From the IMG/VR virus record IMGVR_UViG_3300001782_000005, positions 62,001 through 126,000 of that record: a stretch of DNA of 64,000 nt; one strand, given 5' to 3'. Made by a program: the position numbers and the translations under genes. Below the pieces are notes generated by a model, which was not told the origin of the DNA, did not search any database, and worked only from the letters and a program-made list of their open reading frames with translations. Of this stretch, positions 17,632 to 27,984 are shown piece by piece (position 1 is the first letter of the stretch; each line of letters begins with the position of its first letter).

Positions 17632-17910
17632 TCATCTTATCTTCAACTCCTTTGTTACCGTATTCTGTGTAACCGCAAAAGCACAACTATTTGGATCTAC
17701 ATCAGGTCTATTAAGATAATCTAGAATTTTGTGGGTTGCCTTATCGGCACACTCGGTACTACAAATGGAAAGTATAAGACATCCGAAGCACGGATCATCG
17801 AGATTCTCTATATCAACTTTTTCTAAATCTTCTTTGCCAAGTTTGAAGTATCGTTGAAGCAACCCTTCTGTTATGGTTCGGATACTTTTTAAACGCTTGT
17901 TTATTCTCAT
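17632..17910 (-). CDS. small Cx2Cx5Cx3C protein
   Basis: DPCFGCLILSICSTEC. Confidence 0.5.
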   Translation of the reverse strand: MRINKRLKSIRTITEGLLQRYFKLGKEDLEKVDIENLDDPCFGCLILSICSTECADKATHKILDYLNRPDVDPNSCAFAVTQNTVTKELKIR

Positions 17911-18220
17911 TTAAAATTTCCTCTAGTGCGACAGCAACTCCTGCACTTCGACTAATTCCAGCTTCACAATTAACAACTATTTCTTCGGGTTGAGTTAATC
18001 TAAGAAAGTTCAGAATTGATACTGCATGCCATTCATTAATTAGTTTATCACTTTTATCTCTTGCTTCATCGAGATCATGAAAGTGTAACTTGAGTGACCT
18101 CCATGCTTCAGAAACATTGGGATGTTTTCTGCCGGGGTCTGTTATGGAGATTAAGATTGATTTATTTGAAGGAATTAACCTCTCTACTTGCCTCCTTGAA
18201 TAAATATTAATCTTTACCAT
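17813..18220 (-). CDS. protein-tyrosine/dual-specificity phosphatase-like protein
   Basis: CX5R P-loop VNCEAGISRSAGVA; ISITDP and FHD motifs. Confidence 0.85.
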   Translation of the reverse strand: MVKINIYSRRQVERLIPSNKSILISITDPGRKHPNVSEAWRSLKLHFHDLDEARDKSDKLINEWHAVSILNFLRLTQPEEIVVNCEAGISRSAGVAVALEEILNENKQAFKKYPNHNRRVASTILQTWQRRFRKS

Positions 18221-18238
18221 TTTATTCCTTTAAATTGA

Positions 18239-18347
18239 TGCGGGGTGAGGCGGGAGTCGAACCCGCACGGTCAGTTATGACCACGTGGAGAAATAATATC
18301 ACCCACGCATGTCTGCCCACTAGTATTAAAGTTCCATCACTCACCCC
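18239..18347 (-). ncRNA. aberrant class II tRNA-like RNA
   Basis: 8-bp GGGGTGAG/CTCACCCC acceptor, perfect T-arm GCGGG-TTCGACT-CCCGC, variable arm GGTCA/TGACC, enlarged D and anticodon loops, no CCA. Confidence 0.65.
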
Positions 18348-18782
18348 ATTCCCCCCTAAGAGCTTGTTTTACCTTAGCCTTTGCATTATTCAGTCTAAAC
18401 TTAACAAGATCATAACCTTCAAATAAATTTAACCTTTCTGCTTTATCCATTAACTTTTCAATCAGATCTAAAATCCTAATTAAATCTTCTTGTGCAGATT
18501 CAACAGATGCTATACCCAAGCACCATTTTCTTTCAATCTTCACAACTTCATCAACAATTTCTTTCATCTCCTTAGAGAATCTTCGTAATTTCATCTCATC
18601 AAAATTCACAACTTGATTCATTATTCTCCTCCGTTAGATAACTCAAAGCTACTTCTGCATTACAGTGAAGACACCCTGCTTCGCCAGTTTCAGTATTTGC
18701 AAAACATTCTTCAAAGTCAATAACATCCATCAACACATCTCTGATTTTTTTGATTTTTTCTCCTGATATACAGCACATTTCT

Positions 18783-19076
18783 TTATCTCTTAAAAAAAGA
18801 GGTTTTCTTTAAAGGGTGTAATGTTGGAGGGATAGTCATTGATGTAGTTACTTTTGCCCATTTCTGATAAACCTCCCTATTGTCGTCACTTATTTCAACA
18901 TGAAGCATATAGTGACATTTTTTACTAGAACAAGACAATCTTAGTGAAGGTTGTTGAAAAACCAGAAGTCGCTCACCACACTCAGGACATTTCCTTATAG
19001 CCATACATTTCTCAATAAAACTCATATCTTCCCACTGCTTCTCTAAATCTGATGCAATTTCTAAACCCGTCTTCAT
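18783..19076 (-). CDS. zinc-ribbon protein
   Basis: CPECGERL...CSSKKCHY. Confidence 0.55.
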   Translation of the reverse strand: MKTGLEIASDLEKQWEDMSFIEKCMAIRKCPECGERLLVFQQPSLRLSCSSKKCHYMLHVEISDDNREVYQKWAKVTTSMTIPPTLHPLKKTSFFKR

Positions 19077-19079
19077 ATC

Positions 19080-22076
19080 TCACTCCTTCAATACTCCAAT
19101 AACATTAAAATATGCATCAAGCAGTTTCACAGATTCTGAAACATCATCTTCCTCATCTTTCGGTTTAATAAATTCCGATTCAATTGTTTCGTTGATATAT
19201 CTATTCTTTAAATCTATACAATCTGATTTTGTTGTTAAAAATTCAGAAAGGTTAATTGGTCCATCGTGAGCAATTAAACATGCTGTCTCCATTTCCCCAC
19301 ATCTCTGACCACCACGATGCTTCCTTCCTCCTAAAGGTTGCAGAGTTTTCTTTGCATATGATCCAATACCTCTAGCGGCTAATCTTGTCTCAGCAATATG
19401 CACCATCTTAAAGAAATAGATATAACCAGCGGCAACTTTATTTAGAAGCTTCTCTTTTGAGATTGGATCATAGATATCGTATTCAAACGAAGTTCCAGTT
19501 TTCTCCATTGCCTCTTTTACCATTTCCATTGAAACAGATTCAAATGGAGGTTGAATTAGTGATAGCCCTGCAATAAAATCTTTACTAATCACCTTTGGCA
19601 GTTGTTCTTCGAATTGCTTGTAATACCAATTCCCTTCTGTATTATCAATCACTTTTATATAGTGAAGTAAACTTTTCCTAACTTGTTTTTGACTACCCTC
19701 ATCAATCAAGTCAAAAAGTTTCTTCCTTAAATCAATAAAAGACATTGATAGGTGTAACTCAAATAATTGACCAATATTCATCCTAGAGATTATCCCAAGC
19801 GGATTTATACAAATATCAACATTCCTACCATCTGGAAGTTGAGGCATTTTCTCATGTGGAACTATCCTTGAAATAACTCCTTTATTCCCATGCCTATTTG
19901 CAATTTTATCTCCAGCCTCTATTGGTCGATAATAAATTCCGAACATCTCAACTCTTACACCGTTAACTGGTTCCCCCTTAACTTTATACCTACCAATATG
20001 AGAGAATTTGCTCAAATTTCGATCTCGAATAAATTGTTTAGCTTGCTCGACCGAAAGATGTTCATGTAAGACTTTCTGAAAATCTTTTTCCTTCTTTTGT
20101 TGTTTCTCGATCTTTTCTTCAATCCATTTCTTATACTCAGGTATTTCTTTATTCCACACATTTGCATAGACATTTGCATCAGTAATCCAAACTCTCTTTC
20201 TAGTGGTGAGTGGTGTCTCTTCTTCAAAAATTGAATAGAAGTCTAATCCTGCCGTAACTTCTTTCATTTTTGCATAAGGTTTTCCGGGAGCTATCGACTC
20301 CATTACATTAGGTAGTGGTTTATATACATTCTCGGTTAAACTTAGAAGTACTTTATTAGGCGGAATTGTAAACGATAAATCTCTATAATGGACAGATGTA
20401 AATACATCTTCTTTAACTAATCTATCAGATATAACTATTCCGTCCTCATAATTATAACCATAATAGGTCATAACTGCAGTTAATAAGTTTCGACCAAAAT
20501 TTATCTTACCATCTGTACAGAATCCGCTCTCAGCTAATATATCTCCTGCTTTAAATTTATCTCCAACTTTTACATAGATATTCATACCATCCATATTCTC
20601 AACATATATTTTCCTAAGGCCAATATCAAAGACATCAGCTTCATTATCATCATATTTAACAATCAAGAATTCTTGATTCAAAAATACTACTTCACCATCC
20701 TTTTTTGCTCTTCTAACAAATTGAGTAAAATCTGTATATAATCCCTCACATCCAGATTGAATTGTGGGAATATCAAATTCCCTGAGCATTATTGATTGTC
20801 TCATCTGAGATGCAGACATTTGTAATCTAGTCTGATCATTATGCTCGAGAAAAGGAACCATCGAAACTGGAATTGAAATGATTTGTTTATCCAAAATTTC
20901 TTCAGAAAACCGTAAATTATTATCTAATTTTACATTTGGAATCAAATTTTGAATAACTCCACAATTATCCCTGTCTGGAGTATCCACTGGACAAATCCTA
21001 CCAAACATACTTGGACAAATATCTCTCAAATGCTCAGGAACGTTCTCACGATTAAAACCACCTGGCCCAATTAAACTTATTCTTGATAAACGAGTCAATT
21101 CCTCAATCGGATTTATTGCAAAATCAAATTGAACAATATCCGACACATTACACTCTGAGAGGATTTGAGAAGAATTGATATTAAACTTTGGTTGCCTTGC
21201 TGTTCTATTCGACATACATAAATCAAAGACAGCTTTAGAAACTTTTGCTAAAATCATATATTCAGCACATCTAACTCTCTTATTTCTAAAATCAGTATCA
21301 TCATATACTACTCCAGCAATCGCATTGAATAATTCTTCTATTAGGGATCCAGTTGTGAAATATTCAGCAGACATTACATCAGCCTTAAGTATTAGATCAA
21401 GAGCATATACAAGATCCTCACCCTTTGATTTTGCGTTATAGTGTGAATAGTGTGCTCCGACCTCTCTTATAAAATCATCTTGTGTCCAACCAGCTGAATT
21501 TTCATAATAGAGTTTTAAATCCAGCATTAACTTATCATATATAGTATTACCACTTACTTCTAGAGCAGATAGTTTGAATCTTTGATTCAATTCATCCATT
21601 CCATAGTAAGCAAACATTATTAAAGCAAATGGAACTTTCTTCCCAAGAATACTCAACTTTACATGAGGTTGTTCTCTATCGTCAAAGACCATTATTGAGG
21701 CAACATTCGTCCTCAATTTGATTGATTTTCCTCTAGTAACAATAGGAATATCAAAGAGTTGAAATTGTGGAATCTTTTTCCTGCCTTTAATCATTATATA
21801 GTTTCGATCAATAAGTTTTGGTATTGCCATACTCAAGTCTATCTCAGAGTTTCCTTTCTGTAATTTAATAACCATGCTCTGCTTTAAGGTTTTGAATAAC
21901 TCACCTGAAGTAAATTTTGAGTCTTTAATTATAAAATCAGTTACTGTAAATCCCAGTTCTTCGGCAGGTTTTAAGATTTGCCTTACTTTCTCGGTTAATG
22001 AAGAGTATTCTCTCTCTCTGATAGAGAAAATATTACTCTCCTCATTAACCTTAAAATACGGATTGAGTATGTTCAA
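19080..22076 (-). CDS. rpoB: DNA-directed RNA polymerase beta-like subunit (set 1)
   Basis: GRICPVDTPD, PFLEHND..R.QM.ASQMRQ, GYNYEDG, GDKIANRHGNKG, SRMN.GQ, QP..G....GGQRCGEME. Confidence 0.95.
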   Translation of the reverse strand: MNILNPYFKVNEESNIFSIREREYSSLTEKVRQILKPAEELGFTVTDFIIKDSKFTSGELFKTLKQSMVIKLQKGNSEIDLSMAIPKLIDRNYIMIKGRKKIPQFQLFDIPIVTRGKSIKLRTNVASIMVFDDREQPHVKLSILGKKVPFALIMFAYYGMDELNQRFKLSALEVSGNTIYDKLMLDLKLYYENSAGWTQDDFIREVGAHYSHYNAKSKGEDLVYALDLILKADVMSAEYFTTGSLIEELFNAIAGVVYDDTDFRNKRVRCAEYMILAKVSKAVFDLCMSNRTARQPKFNINSSQILSECNVSDIVQFDFAINPIEELTRLSRISLIGPGGFNRENVPEHLRDICPSMFGRICPVDTPDRDNCGVIQNLIPNVKLDNNLRFSEEILDKQIISIPVSMVPFLEHNDQTRLQMSASQMRQSIMLREFDIPTIQSGCEGLYTDFTQFVRRAKKDGEVVFLNQEFLIVKYDDNEADVFDIGLRKIYVENMDGMNIYVKVGDKFKAGDILAESGFCTDGKINFGRNLLTAVMTYYGYNYEDGIVISDRLVKEDVFTSVHYRDLSFTIPPNKVLLSLTENVYKPLPNVMESIAPGKPYAKMKEVTAGLDFYSIFEEETPLTTRKRVWITDANVYANVWNKEIPEYKKWIEEKIEKQQKKEKDFQKVLHEHLSVEQAKQFIRDRNLSKFSHIGRYKVKGEPVNGVRVEMFGIYYRPIEAGDKIANRHGNKGVISRIVPHEKMPQLPDGRNVDICINPLGIISRMNIGQLFELHLSMSFIDLRKKLFDLIDEGSQKQVRKSLLHYIKVIDNTEGNWYYKQFEEQLPKVISKDFIAGLSLIQPPFESVSMEMVKEAMEKTGTSFEYDIYDPISKEKLLNKVAAGYIYFFKMVHIAETRLAARGIGSYAKKTLQPLGGRKHRGGQRCGEMETACLIAHDGPINLSEFLTTKSDCIDLKNRYINETIESEFIKPKDEEDDVSESVKLLDAYFNVIGVLKE

Positions 22077-22320
22077 CTTTTCCTCCAGTCTTTTTTATAA
22101 TCCATGTTACAAACCTTATTACATCTCCGTCTGTAAGATCACTCATATAGTTTCTATCAATTTTTCTTGAAATCCACCCATAAAGATCATGATCTTTTAA
22201 TAAATGAGCATTTAATCTTATGAATCTTAGTAATCTCCTTCTAGTAAATTGTCTAGTTTGACAAGACACATCAAACGAATATAGAAGTCCTTCCACCTTC
22301 ATCACAAGTCTCTCCCACAT
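22051..22320 (-). CDS. small hypothetical protein between beta' and beta
   Basis: Overlaps both flanking genes. Confidence 0.5.
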   Translation of the reverse strand: MWERLVMKVEGLLYSFDVSCQTRQFTRRRLLRFIRLNAHLLKDHDLYGWISRKIDRNYMSDLTDGDVIRFVTWIIKKTGGKVEHTQSVF

Positions 22321-25010
22321 AAAATCTTATCCATAACACCATAATATCTTCCTGGTTGTAAGATTCCTTTTAAGATATGCTGTTTTGGTCTTGAAAATGC
22401 TAAACCTAATAACCAACTTTCATAACTTGGAACTTTCTGCACCGAGTGATACTCAGGAGATAATTTTTCTCTACCTTCTATTAATCTCCACTTCCTAATT
22501 CCTTTCCACATCAACTGGGATACAACACATTCAAAATGAACATGATGAATATTTCTATTTGTGTTATAGACATCAAAGAGATCTGATACAATATCTACAT
22601 AATTCTTATTATCGAATTTATGTAGAAGTTTTGATGCACTCGCAAGATCACCAATGATATCCATCTGCCTTACAGCTTCATCATCTGCTTGTTCACCTTC
22701 TTTTACATGGGCTACTCCAGATGTGTGGAACGTTCTAAGAACCAATTGAGTATTACACTCCCCTAAACTTTGTGCAGCAATGACCCCAATGAATCTGCTA
22801 TTTAAAACTTTATATAATTCTCCATAACATTTCTTACATATTTTTGGACTTGTACAAAAGATTGGACTCCTTATGTGAATAACCTTTCCAACTAAATCTA
22901 AATAATTTTCCTTCGTTATCATCTCCAAAACACCATTATTATCATAATATCTATAAGTCAACATTCTAGCTTTCTTATTATCTTTTACGTAAACTAAAAG
23001 AAGATCATTTGTTCCACAATCTTCATGGTCTCCTATCTGAAGATTTGCACAAGCAAAAATTAGTTTTCTCGAAAGATATCCAGATGCTCCAGTATTAAGT
23101 GCGACATCAAGTAATCCTTTTCTACAACCATATGTAGAATTGAAAAATTCTTCCTCAGTCAGACCTTCTAAAAGACTATGTTTTATTGGAGTTGGAAGAA
23201 TCTGACCCCTAAAATTAGAGATAAACCCTCTAGTTAGAATTATCTGCCTGACTTGATCCCAACTACCTCTTGCTCCAGACTCAACCATATATGAATATTT
23301 AAAACTATCTTTAAGTGATCTTGTAGTCTCATCATTTGAGATCATCTCAATCTGATGTCTTATACTATGATCAGAATAGATTTCGTGCTTTATTTTTGTT
23401 AAATCTCCATTAAATGAGTCAAGAGACATGGTCGCACCAAATAAAGTTGAATACTTGAAACCAATAAATTTTATTCTATCAAGAACTTGCTTAATAATAT
23501 CAACAGGATATTTAGATTTAATATCATTGAGTATCTTCATCAATTTTCTTTTTCTGATTGCTTCGTTGACTAAAGGATAATCAACCGGCAGACACTCATT
23601 AAATATTTTAATTCCCTCACTAATTTTCTCTCCCTTAAATTCAACTTCATTTGATAAATCTAGAAAGCTATCACTTGTTAGAGCATATACTCCAAGAATT
23701 ATGTCTTGACTAGGGGTTGTCGCTAAACTCTCATTCGCAGGATTGCTTAAGTTTCTTGTTATTAGAAATTTCTCTCTAACTTCTTGTTTTGATTGCTCAG
23801 AGATTGGAATATAGACTGCCATCTGGTCACCATCAAAATCAGCATTAAAACCAGGGCAAGCAAGTGGATGAATCTTAATAACATTGTCTAGAGATATCTT
23901 AACATTAAAACCCATCATACTTAATCTGTGTAACGATGGTTGCCTATTTAATAAACAAACCTCATCTTTGGCAATTTCTTCACAAACTCGGTATAGGACT
24001 GGTGACTTCGTTTCTATACAATCATCAACAAAATCAATTGCATCATTTAATAACTTAAATCTACCAATCTCAATGAGTTTCTTTGATATCTGCAGTTTAA
24101 ATAATTCAAGAAACATTAGGTAAGGCAAAACACACTCATCTAAATTCAATACCGGATCAGGAATTATCACTGCCCGACCAGAAAAGTCAATTCTTTTTCC
24201 TAAAATATTTCCCCTAATAAGACCTTCTTTCTTTGCTAATTTAGAGATAATATGTGAATATAACTCATTTACATCTTTCTGAATTTGAGTAAAGTAACTA
24301 TAGAATAGTTTCTTATCTCTATGTATATCAACTATTGTATCTCTCATAATTTCTTTTTTCGTCAATATCTGAATATAATATCTATTTATCTGATCAACCA
24401 CTTGGTTGTTTCTTTCAATATTTTTCGCTGCTGGTCTAAGATCAGGGGGCAACACAAGCACATTATGTATGAACATCTTATCCAAATTATCTCGAATAAC
24501 TTTCCACTCCAGAATTCCATCCTCAACAAACATATGGGAGAGATCCCCTATTAATTTTCCAATTGCCTCTATCTTCTCAAATTTTTCTGCATCTTTCGGA
24601 ACCGCAGATTCACTAGTGGCTACTCCATATTCATCTTCTCGTACAAATAAAATACTTTGTTCATTCTTCATTAAATCATCCAGAAGTCCTTTTACTTTTG
24701 AACCTCCAATATCAACTATTAACTCATAGAAAATCGGATTGACAACTGGAAATGGAAGAACTATTCTAGCAAATCTCCTTCTCCTCTCATCACTATTAAC
24801 AATATCTACCTCACAAATAGCACAAGTTCCACCAGCACCAGAAATTCCATAATACGTGCCACACTGGCATGTATAATTCCTAACTGGTCCAAAGATTTGT
24901 TCAGAGAATAAACCCTTCGGATGGAACTTCTTCTTGCTCATCATTTTCGTTGAACTTACTTGTTTTAGCTCCTCCGAAAACTTATTAATGTCAAGAAGAC
25001 TTGGCATCAT
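22302..25010 (-). CDS. rpoC: DNA-directed RNA polymerase beta'-like subunit (set 1)
   Basis: GLFSEQIFGP + CQCG..CAIC, GKRIDFSGRAVI, NRQPSLH, NADFDGDQM, SGYLSRKL, TQLVLRTFHTSG. Confidence 0.96.
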   Translation of the reverse strand: MMPSLLDINKFSEELKQVSSTKMMSKKKFHPKGLFSEQIFGPVRNYTCQCGTYYGISGAGGTCAICEVDIVNSDERRRRFARIVLPFPVVNPIFYELIVDIGGSKVKGLLDDLMKNEQSILFVREDEYGVATSESAVPKDAEKFEKIEAIGKLIGDLSHMFVEDGILEWKVIRDNLDKMFIHNVLVLPPDLRPAAKNIERNNQVVDQINRYYIQILTKKEIMRDTIVDIHRDKKLFYSYFTQIQKDVNELYSHIISKLAKKEGLIRGNILGKRIDFSGRAVIIPDPVLNLDECVLPYLMFLELFKLQISKKLIEIGRFKLLNDAIDFVDDCIETKSPVLYRVCEEIAKDEVCLLNRQPSLHRLSMMGFNVKISLDNVIKIHPLACPGFNADFDGDQMAVYIPISEQSKQEVREKFLITRNLSNPANESLATTPSQDIILGVYALTSDSFLDLSNEVEFKGEKISEGIKIFNECLPVDYPLVNEAIRKRKLMKILNDIKSKYPVDIIKQVLDRIKFIGFKYSTLFGATMSLDSFNGDLTKIKHEIYSDHSIRHQIEMISNDETTRSLKDSFKYSYMVESGARGSWDQVRQIILTRGFISNFRGQILPTPIKHSLLEGLTEEEFFNSTYGCRKGLLDVALNTGASGYLSRKLIFACANLQIGDHEDCGTNDLLLVYVKDNKKARMLTYRYYDNNGVLEMITKENYLDLVGKVIHIRSPIFCTSPKICKKCYGELYKVLNSRFIGVIAAQSLGECNTQLVLRTFHTSGVAHVKEGEQADDEAVRQMDIIGDLASASKLLHKFDNKNYVDIVSDLFDVYNTNRNIHHVHFECVVSQLMWKGIRKWRLIEGREKLSPEYHSVQKVPSYESWLLGLAFSRPKQHILKGILQPGRYYGVMDKILCGRDL

Positions 25011-25335
25011 ATTCCTCCCAACTAAAATCTAACCATGGTTTGAAATAACAATCGTCGAGATAGAAATTACATATTACCATCTCAATAAATTGCCTAAATT
25101 TTTCGTCGTATTTCTGCCTCTTAATCTTCTCATCTAAGCAAAGTTCTCCAGTATCAGGATTCGCATTTGGATGCTTTGCATTAATGATCACCTTACTGAT
25201 ATAACCATCTACAAGGTAAATTTTATAATTAGTTACAATGTAATCATTATTAATTCTAGAAATTCTAAATGTTTCATCCTTGTAGAAAAATCTTCCCGGA
25301 ACAAGATACGTATTATAATCTAATATCTGTTCCAT
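24991..25335 (-). CDS. minimal UBC/E2-like protein
   Basis: HPNANPDTGELCLD matches the E2 signature HPN(I)...GxICLD including the catalytic Cys. Confidence 0.65.
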   Translation of the reverse strand: MEQILDYNTYLVPGRFFYKDETFRISRINNDYIVTNYKIYLVDGYISKVIINAKHPNANPDTGELCLDEKIKRQKYDEKFRQFIEMVICNFYLDDCYFKPWLDFSWEEYDAKSS

Positions 25336-26204
25336 TACGCACCACCAGTAACAAATAGTAACTGAATATAATTTTCCTCAACTCTAATCACAAAATTTCT
25401 TTCAAACGGATAGAGATTCATTACTGATTTTAAATTATCAACTACAGCCTGAGGGGTATTTAATTGGCCTCTGGGAACAATCTTGCAACCAACATGTCTT
25501 TCCCTCTCACCCAAGCAAACTTTAACATCTCTCTCTTGATTTATTTCCATAATTGGGCGAAAACTTTGCTCTAACTTTAGCAATCTAGAATCATCTATAT
25601 CAGGTTCATAAATTAAATCTGTATCTCTACTTTTGTCCTGAATATCTCTACTAATTGCTTTTGCATGATGATCTAAACTTATTTCATATATTTCTTGGTT
25701 AGCTATCCATTGATTAATGATACTATTACTATCAATCAAGATAGCAAGTTGTAATGCAGCATTTTTAAGATCGTTTTTCTTTAAAGGTAGGTTATATCTG
25801 CCGTCATAATTAAAAGGATAGTTTATATTTTTTCGACAGTCGATAATAAGGTATCGGCCAGAAATAGATGCTCGAATATCTATTATATTGCCTCGGTCAT
25901 AGACATAGTCTCTGCAATCTATAACCAGGTCACAGGTAGGAAGTTCGGTTTCTCCTTCTATAAATTTTTCTCTGGATATTGCCATTATAATATCTTCATT
26001 AAAAGACTTCAAGTGATTATATAAAGCATTTACCTTTAAATCTCCAATGTCTCGTTTTGTATAAATCGAATTTCTAATATTTTTCTCTCGTACAATATCT
26101 GGATCAATTAAAATTAGTTCTTTTATGTTATCAGTACTAGCCAAACTTTCAGCTAGATAACCGCCTAAAGATCCAATTCCAAGGATTGCGATTCTTTGTT
26201 TCAC
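25335..26204 (-). CDS. ThiF/E1-like protein (divergent)
   Basis: ILGIGSLG, LIDPDIV..KN, K, VIDC; lacks the canonical NLxRQ arginine. Confidence 0.8.
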   Translation of the reverse strand: MKQRIAILGIGSLGGYLAESLASTDNIKELILIDPDIVREKNIRNSIYTKRDIGDLKVNALYNHLKSFNEDIIMAISREKFIEGETELPTCDLVIDCRDYVYDRGNIIDIRASISGRYLIIDCRKNINYPFNYDGRYNLPLKKNDLKNAALQLAILIDSNSIINQWIANQEIYEISLDHHAKAISRDIQDKSRDTDLIYEPDIDDSRLLKLEQSFRPIMEINQERDVKVCLGERERHVGCKIVPRGQLNTPQAVVDNLKSVMNLYPFERNFVIRVEENYIQLLFVTGGA

Positions 26205-26242
26205 GCTCGATCCTTTATTGTTTGTTCTTCATTTAGAGAATA

Positions 26243-26273
26243 GTGACCGAGATCAATAAATGACCTCGGTCAC
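26243..26273. terminator. intergenic hairpin
   Basis: GTGACCGAG...CTCGGTCAC inverted repeat. Confidence 0.5.
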
Positions 26274-26276
26274 CAG

Positions 26277-26750
26277 TTATTTTAAACTATTTTTGAGTTC
26301 AATTATTTCTCGAACCCTCTCTAACAAACTCTTGGTTTCTTCACGAAACGTCTGAGCACGACCGTACTGTATTGGATCAAGATTCTTTATATAATGGTGA
26401 AATAAATTTGGCCGTCCAACATCATCGTAGCATGCCTTCAAATGCTCAACTAGACGTGTTACTGTTCCCTCATAATGCTCAATGACAATCTCCGATTCAT
26501 CAATGGTCACTAACATATCTATAAGACGCATCAACTTTTTAAAGTGTAATTTCTCAACAACTTTGAGGTTTTCTTTACGCCTAATTTTGTCGAGCTCTTC
26601 TTGTTTAATCATATACAATTTAATTTTCTCACCTTTTTCGTTTTCAACAAGGTAATGATCTTCATCTTTCTCAATAATTTTAAGATCCACGAGTTTGTCT
26701 CCATGATGCCAGAAGGGAAATACATATACACTCTTTATTAGCATCTCCAA
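26277..26750 (-). CDS. hypothetical protein
   Basis: 157-aa ORF bracketed by two hairpins. Confidence 0.6.
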   Translation of the reverse strand: MEMLIKSVYVFPFWHHGDKLVDLKIIEKDEDHYLVENEKGEKIKLYMIKQEELDKIRRKENLKVVEKLHFKKLMRLIDMLVTIDESEIVIEHYEGTVTRLVEHLKACYDDVGRPNLFHHYIKNLDPIQYGRAQTFREETKSLLERVREIIELKNSLK

Positions 26751-26751
26751 A

Positions 26752-26787
26752 TGTGGTGGGACAAGTTATATAACCTGCCCCACCACA
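26752..26787. terminator. hairpin downstream of the Ubl gene
   Basis: TGTGGTGGG...CCCACCACA inverted repeat. Confidence 0.5.
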
Positions 26788-26801
26788 AATTAAACAACTT
26801 T

Positions 26802-27269
26802 TTATCCCTTCCGGCCTGCGGCCTTTAGGAATTCGAGATTGTCCCCTTCTTTCAGCACATAGTTGCCATCGACAGTCTTTCCATTGACAACTCCCTGTGC
26901 CATTCGGTCTATGTTCAAGACTTCCCTGAGAAACTCAGAGACAGCACCAACTGTCTTTCCACAGACGCTGAAGTCTCCAGCGGCAGCACCACATGACACA
27001 CGAATCGTTGTAGTAGTCTTATCACCAAATTTTGCAGTTGGTTTGGTGAGAATACTCTGCATGCTAAATTCAGCCTTGGTAAGTTTGTCATCCTTTGGTG
27101 CAGCTTTGGGAGCAGCAGCCGCCGTAACTGGACCCTGTTTCTCAAGGATAAGGTCAATAACAGTATCTTTGGGTTTCTTGGAGTACCCAACACAACCCAA
27201 ATTCTTTGCCATTGCTCGAAGTTCTTTCACAGTCTTCTCTGCCAGTTGTTCTCTAGTAAAACTAGCCAT
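26802..27269 (-). CDS. ubiquitin-like (beta-grasp) protein with N-terminal Rho-N/HeH-like domain
   Basis: TVKELRAMAKNLG..GYSKK.K N-domain; GKTV...VNG...VLKEGDNLEF and C-terminal AAGRKG. Confidence 0.85.
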   Translation of the reverse strand: MASFTREQLAEKTVKELRAMAKNLGCVGYSKKPKDTVIDLILEKQGPVTAAAAPKAAPKDDKLTKAEFSMQSILTKPTAKFGDKTTTTIRVSCGAAAGDFSVCGKTVGAVSEFLREVLNIDRMAQGVVNGKTVDGNYVLKEGDNLEFLKAAGRKG

Positions 27270-27282
27270 TCCGATCTCCTTT

Positions 27283-27984
27283 TTAATTCTCTAGTGGTTT
27301 TCTAGTTTTAGGATCAGCTCTCATTGATAGAACATCGAAATACACTTCAGAGTAATTGGCATTATTCTTCACAACAGTATTGTAGAATGCAAAACACATA
27401 AATGTTGCAACTCCTAAATTTGTAAAGAATAATTGTGGTTCTGATTGGGATAACTCCTCGCAACTCATCTCACCCGGTGTTCTATCTATTGGATGTTCAA
27501 TTTCCGGATGATAATCACTCAATGACGGAGTTATGTTTCTACCCCCCTTTCTCACAAAGATTTGGACATTGCCATCAGTGTACTCATTCCCTCCTGATAT
27601 AACAATAATGTCATTGAGTGTTTTGGTATGATCTGAGATAATTTTTCTCGTCTTATGATTATCAACGCATACGAAGACTATATCTCCCGACTTAATGAGC
27701 GACTCTACGTTACTACGGTCAACATAATCATCAAATGCAGAGTAATTTAATTCTGTGTATTTCTCTTGAAATTCGGTGGCCTTAACTATTGATTTCTTGC
27801 CACCAGCGATCAAAAACTCCTGTCTATCTCGGTTCTTTGGTTCGAAAGTATCTCCATCTATGAAGGTAATCCTAGCTTCAAATCCGTTTCCATAATTTAG
27901 AAATCTAGAGAGTTTATCAGCTAGGACTGTACCAACTCCACCAATACCTATGACTTTAATCAGTAACTCAGTCATCATCACCAC
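27283..27984 (-). CDS. E1/ThiF-family Ubl-activating enzyme
   Basis: VIGIGGVG, IDGD.FEPKNRDRQ, CVDN..TR, SGGN, SCEE (candidate catalytic Cys), QLFFTN. Confidence 0.9.
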   Translation of the reverse strand: MVMMTELLIKVIGIGGVGTVLADKLSRFLNYGNGFEARITFIDGDTFEPKNRDRQEFLIAGGKKSIVKATEFQEKYTELNYSAFDDYVDRSNVESLIKSGDIVFVCVDNHKTRKIISDHTKTLNDIIVISGGNEYTDGNVQIFVRKGGRNITPSLSDYHPEIEHPIDRTPGEMSCEELSQSEPQLFFTNLGVATFMCFAFYNTVVKNNANYSEVYFDVLSMRADPKTRKPLEN

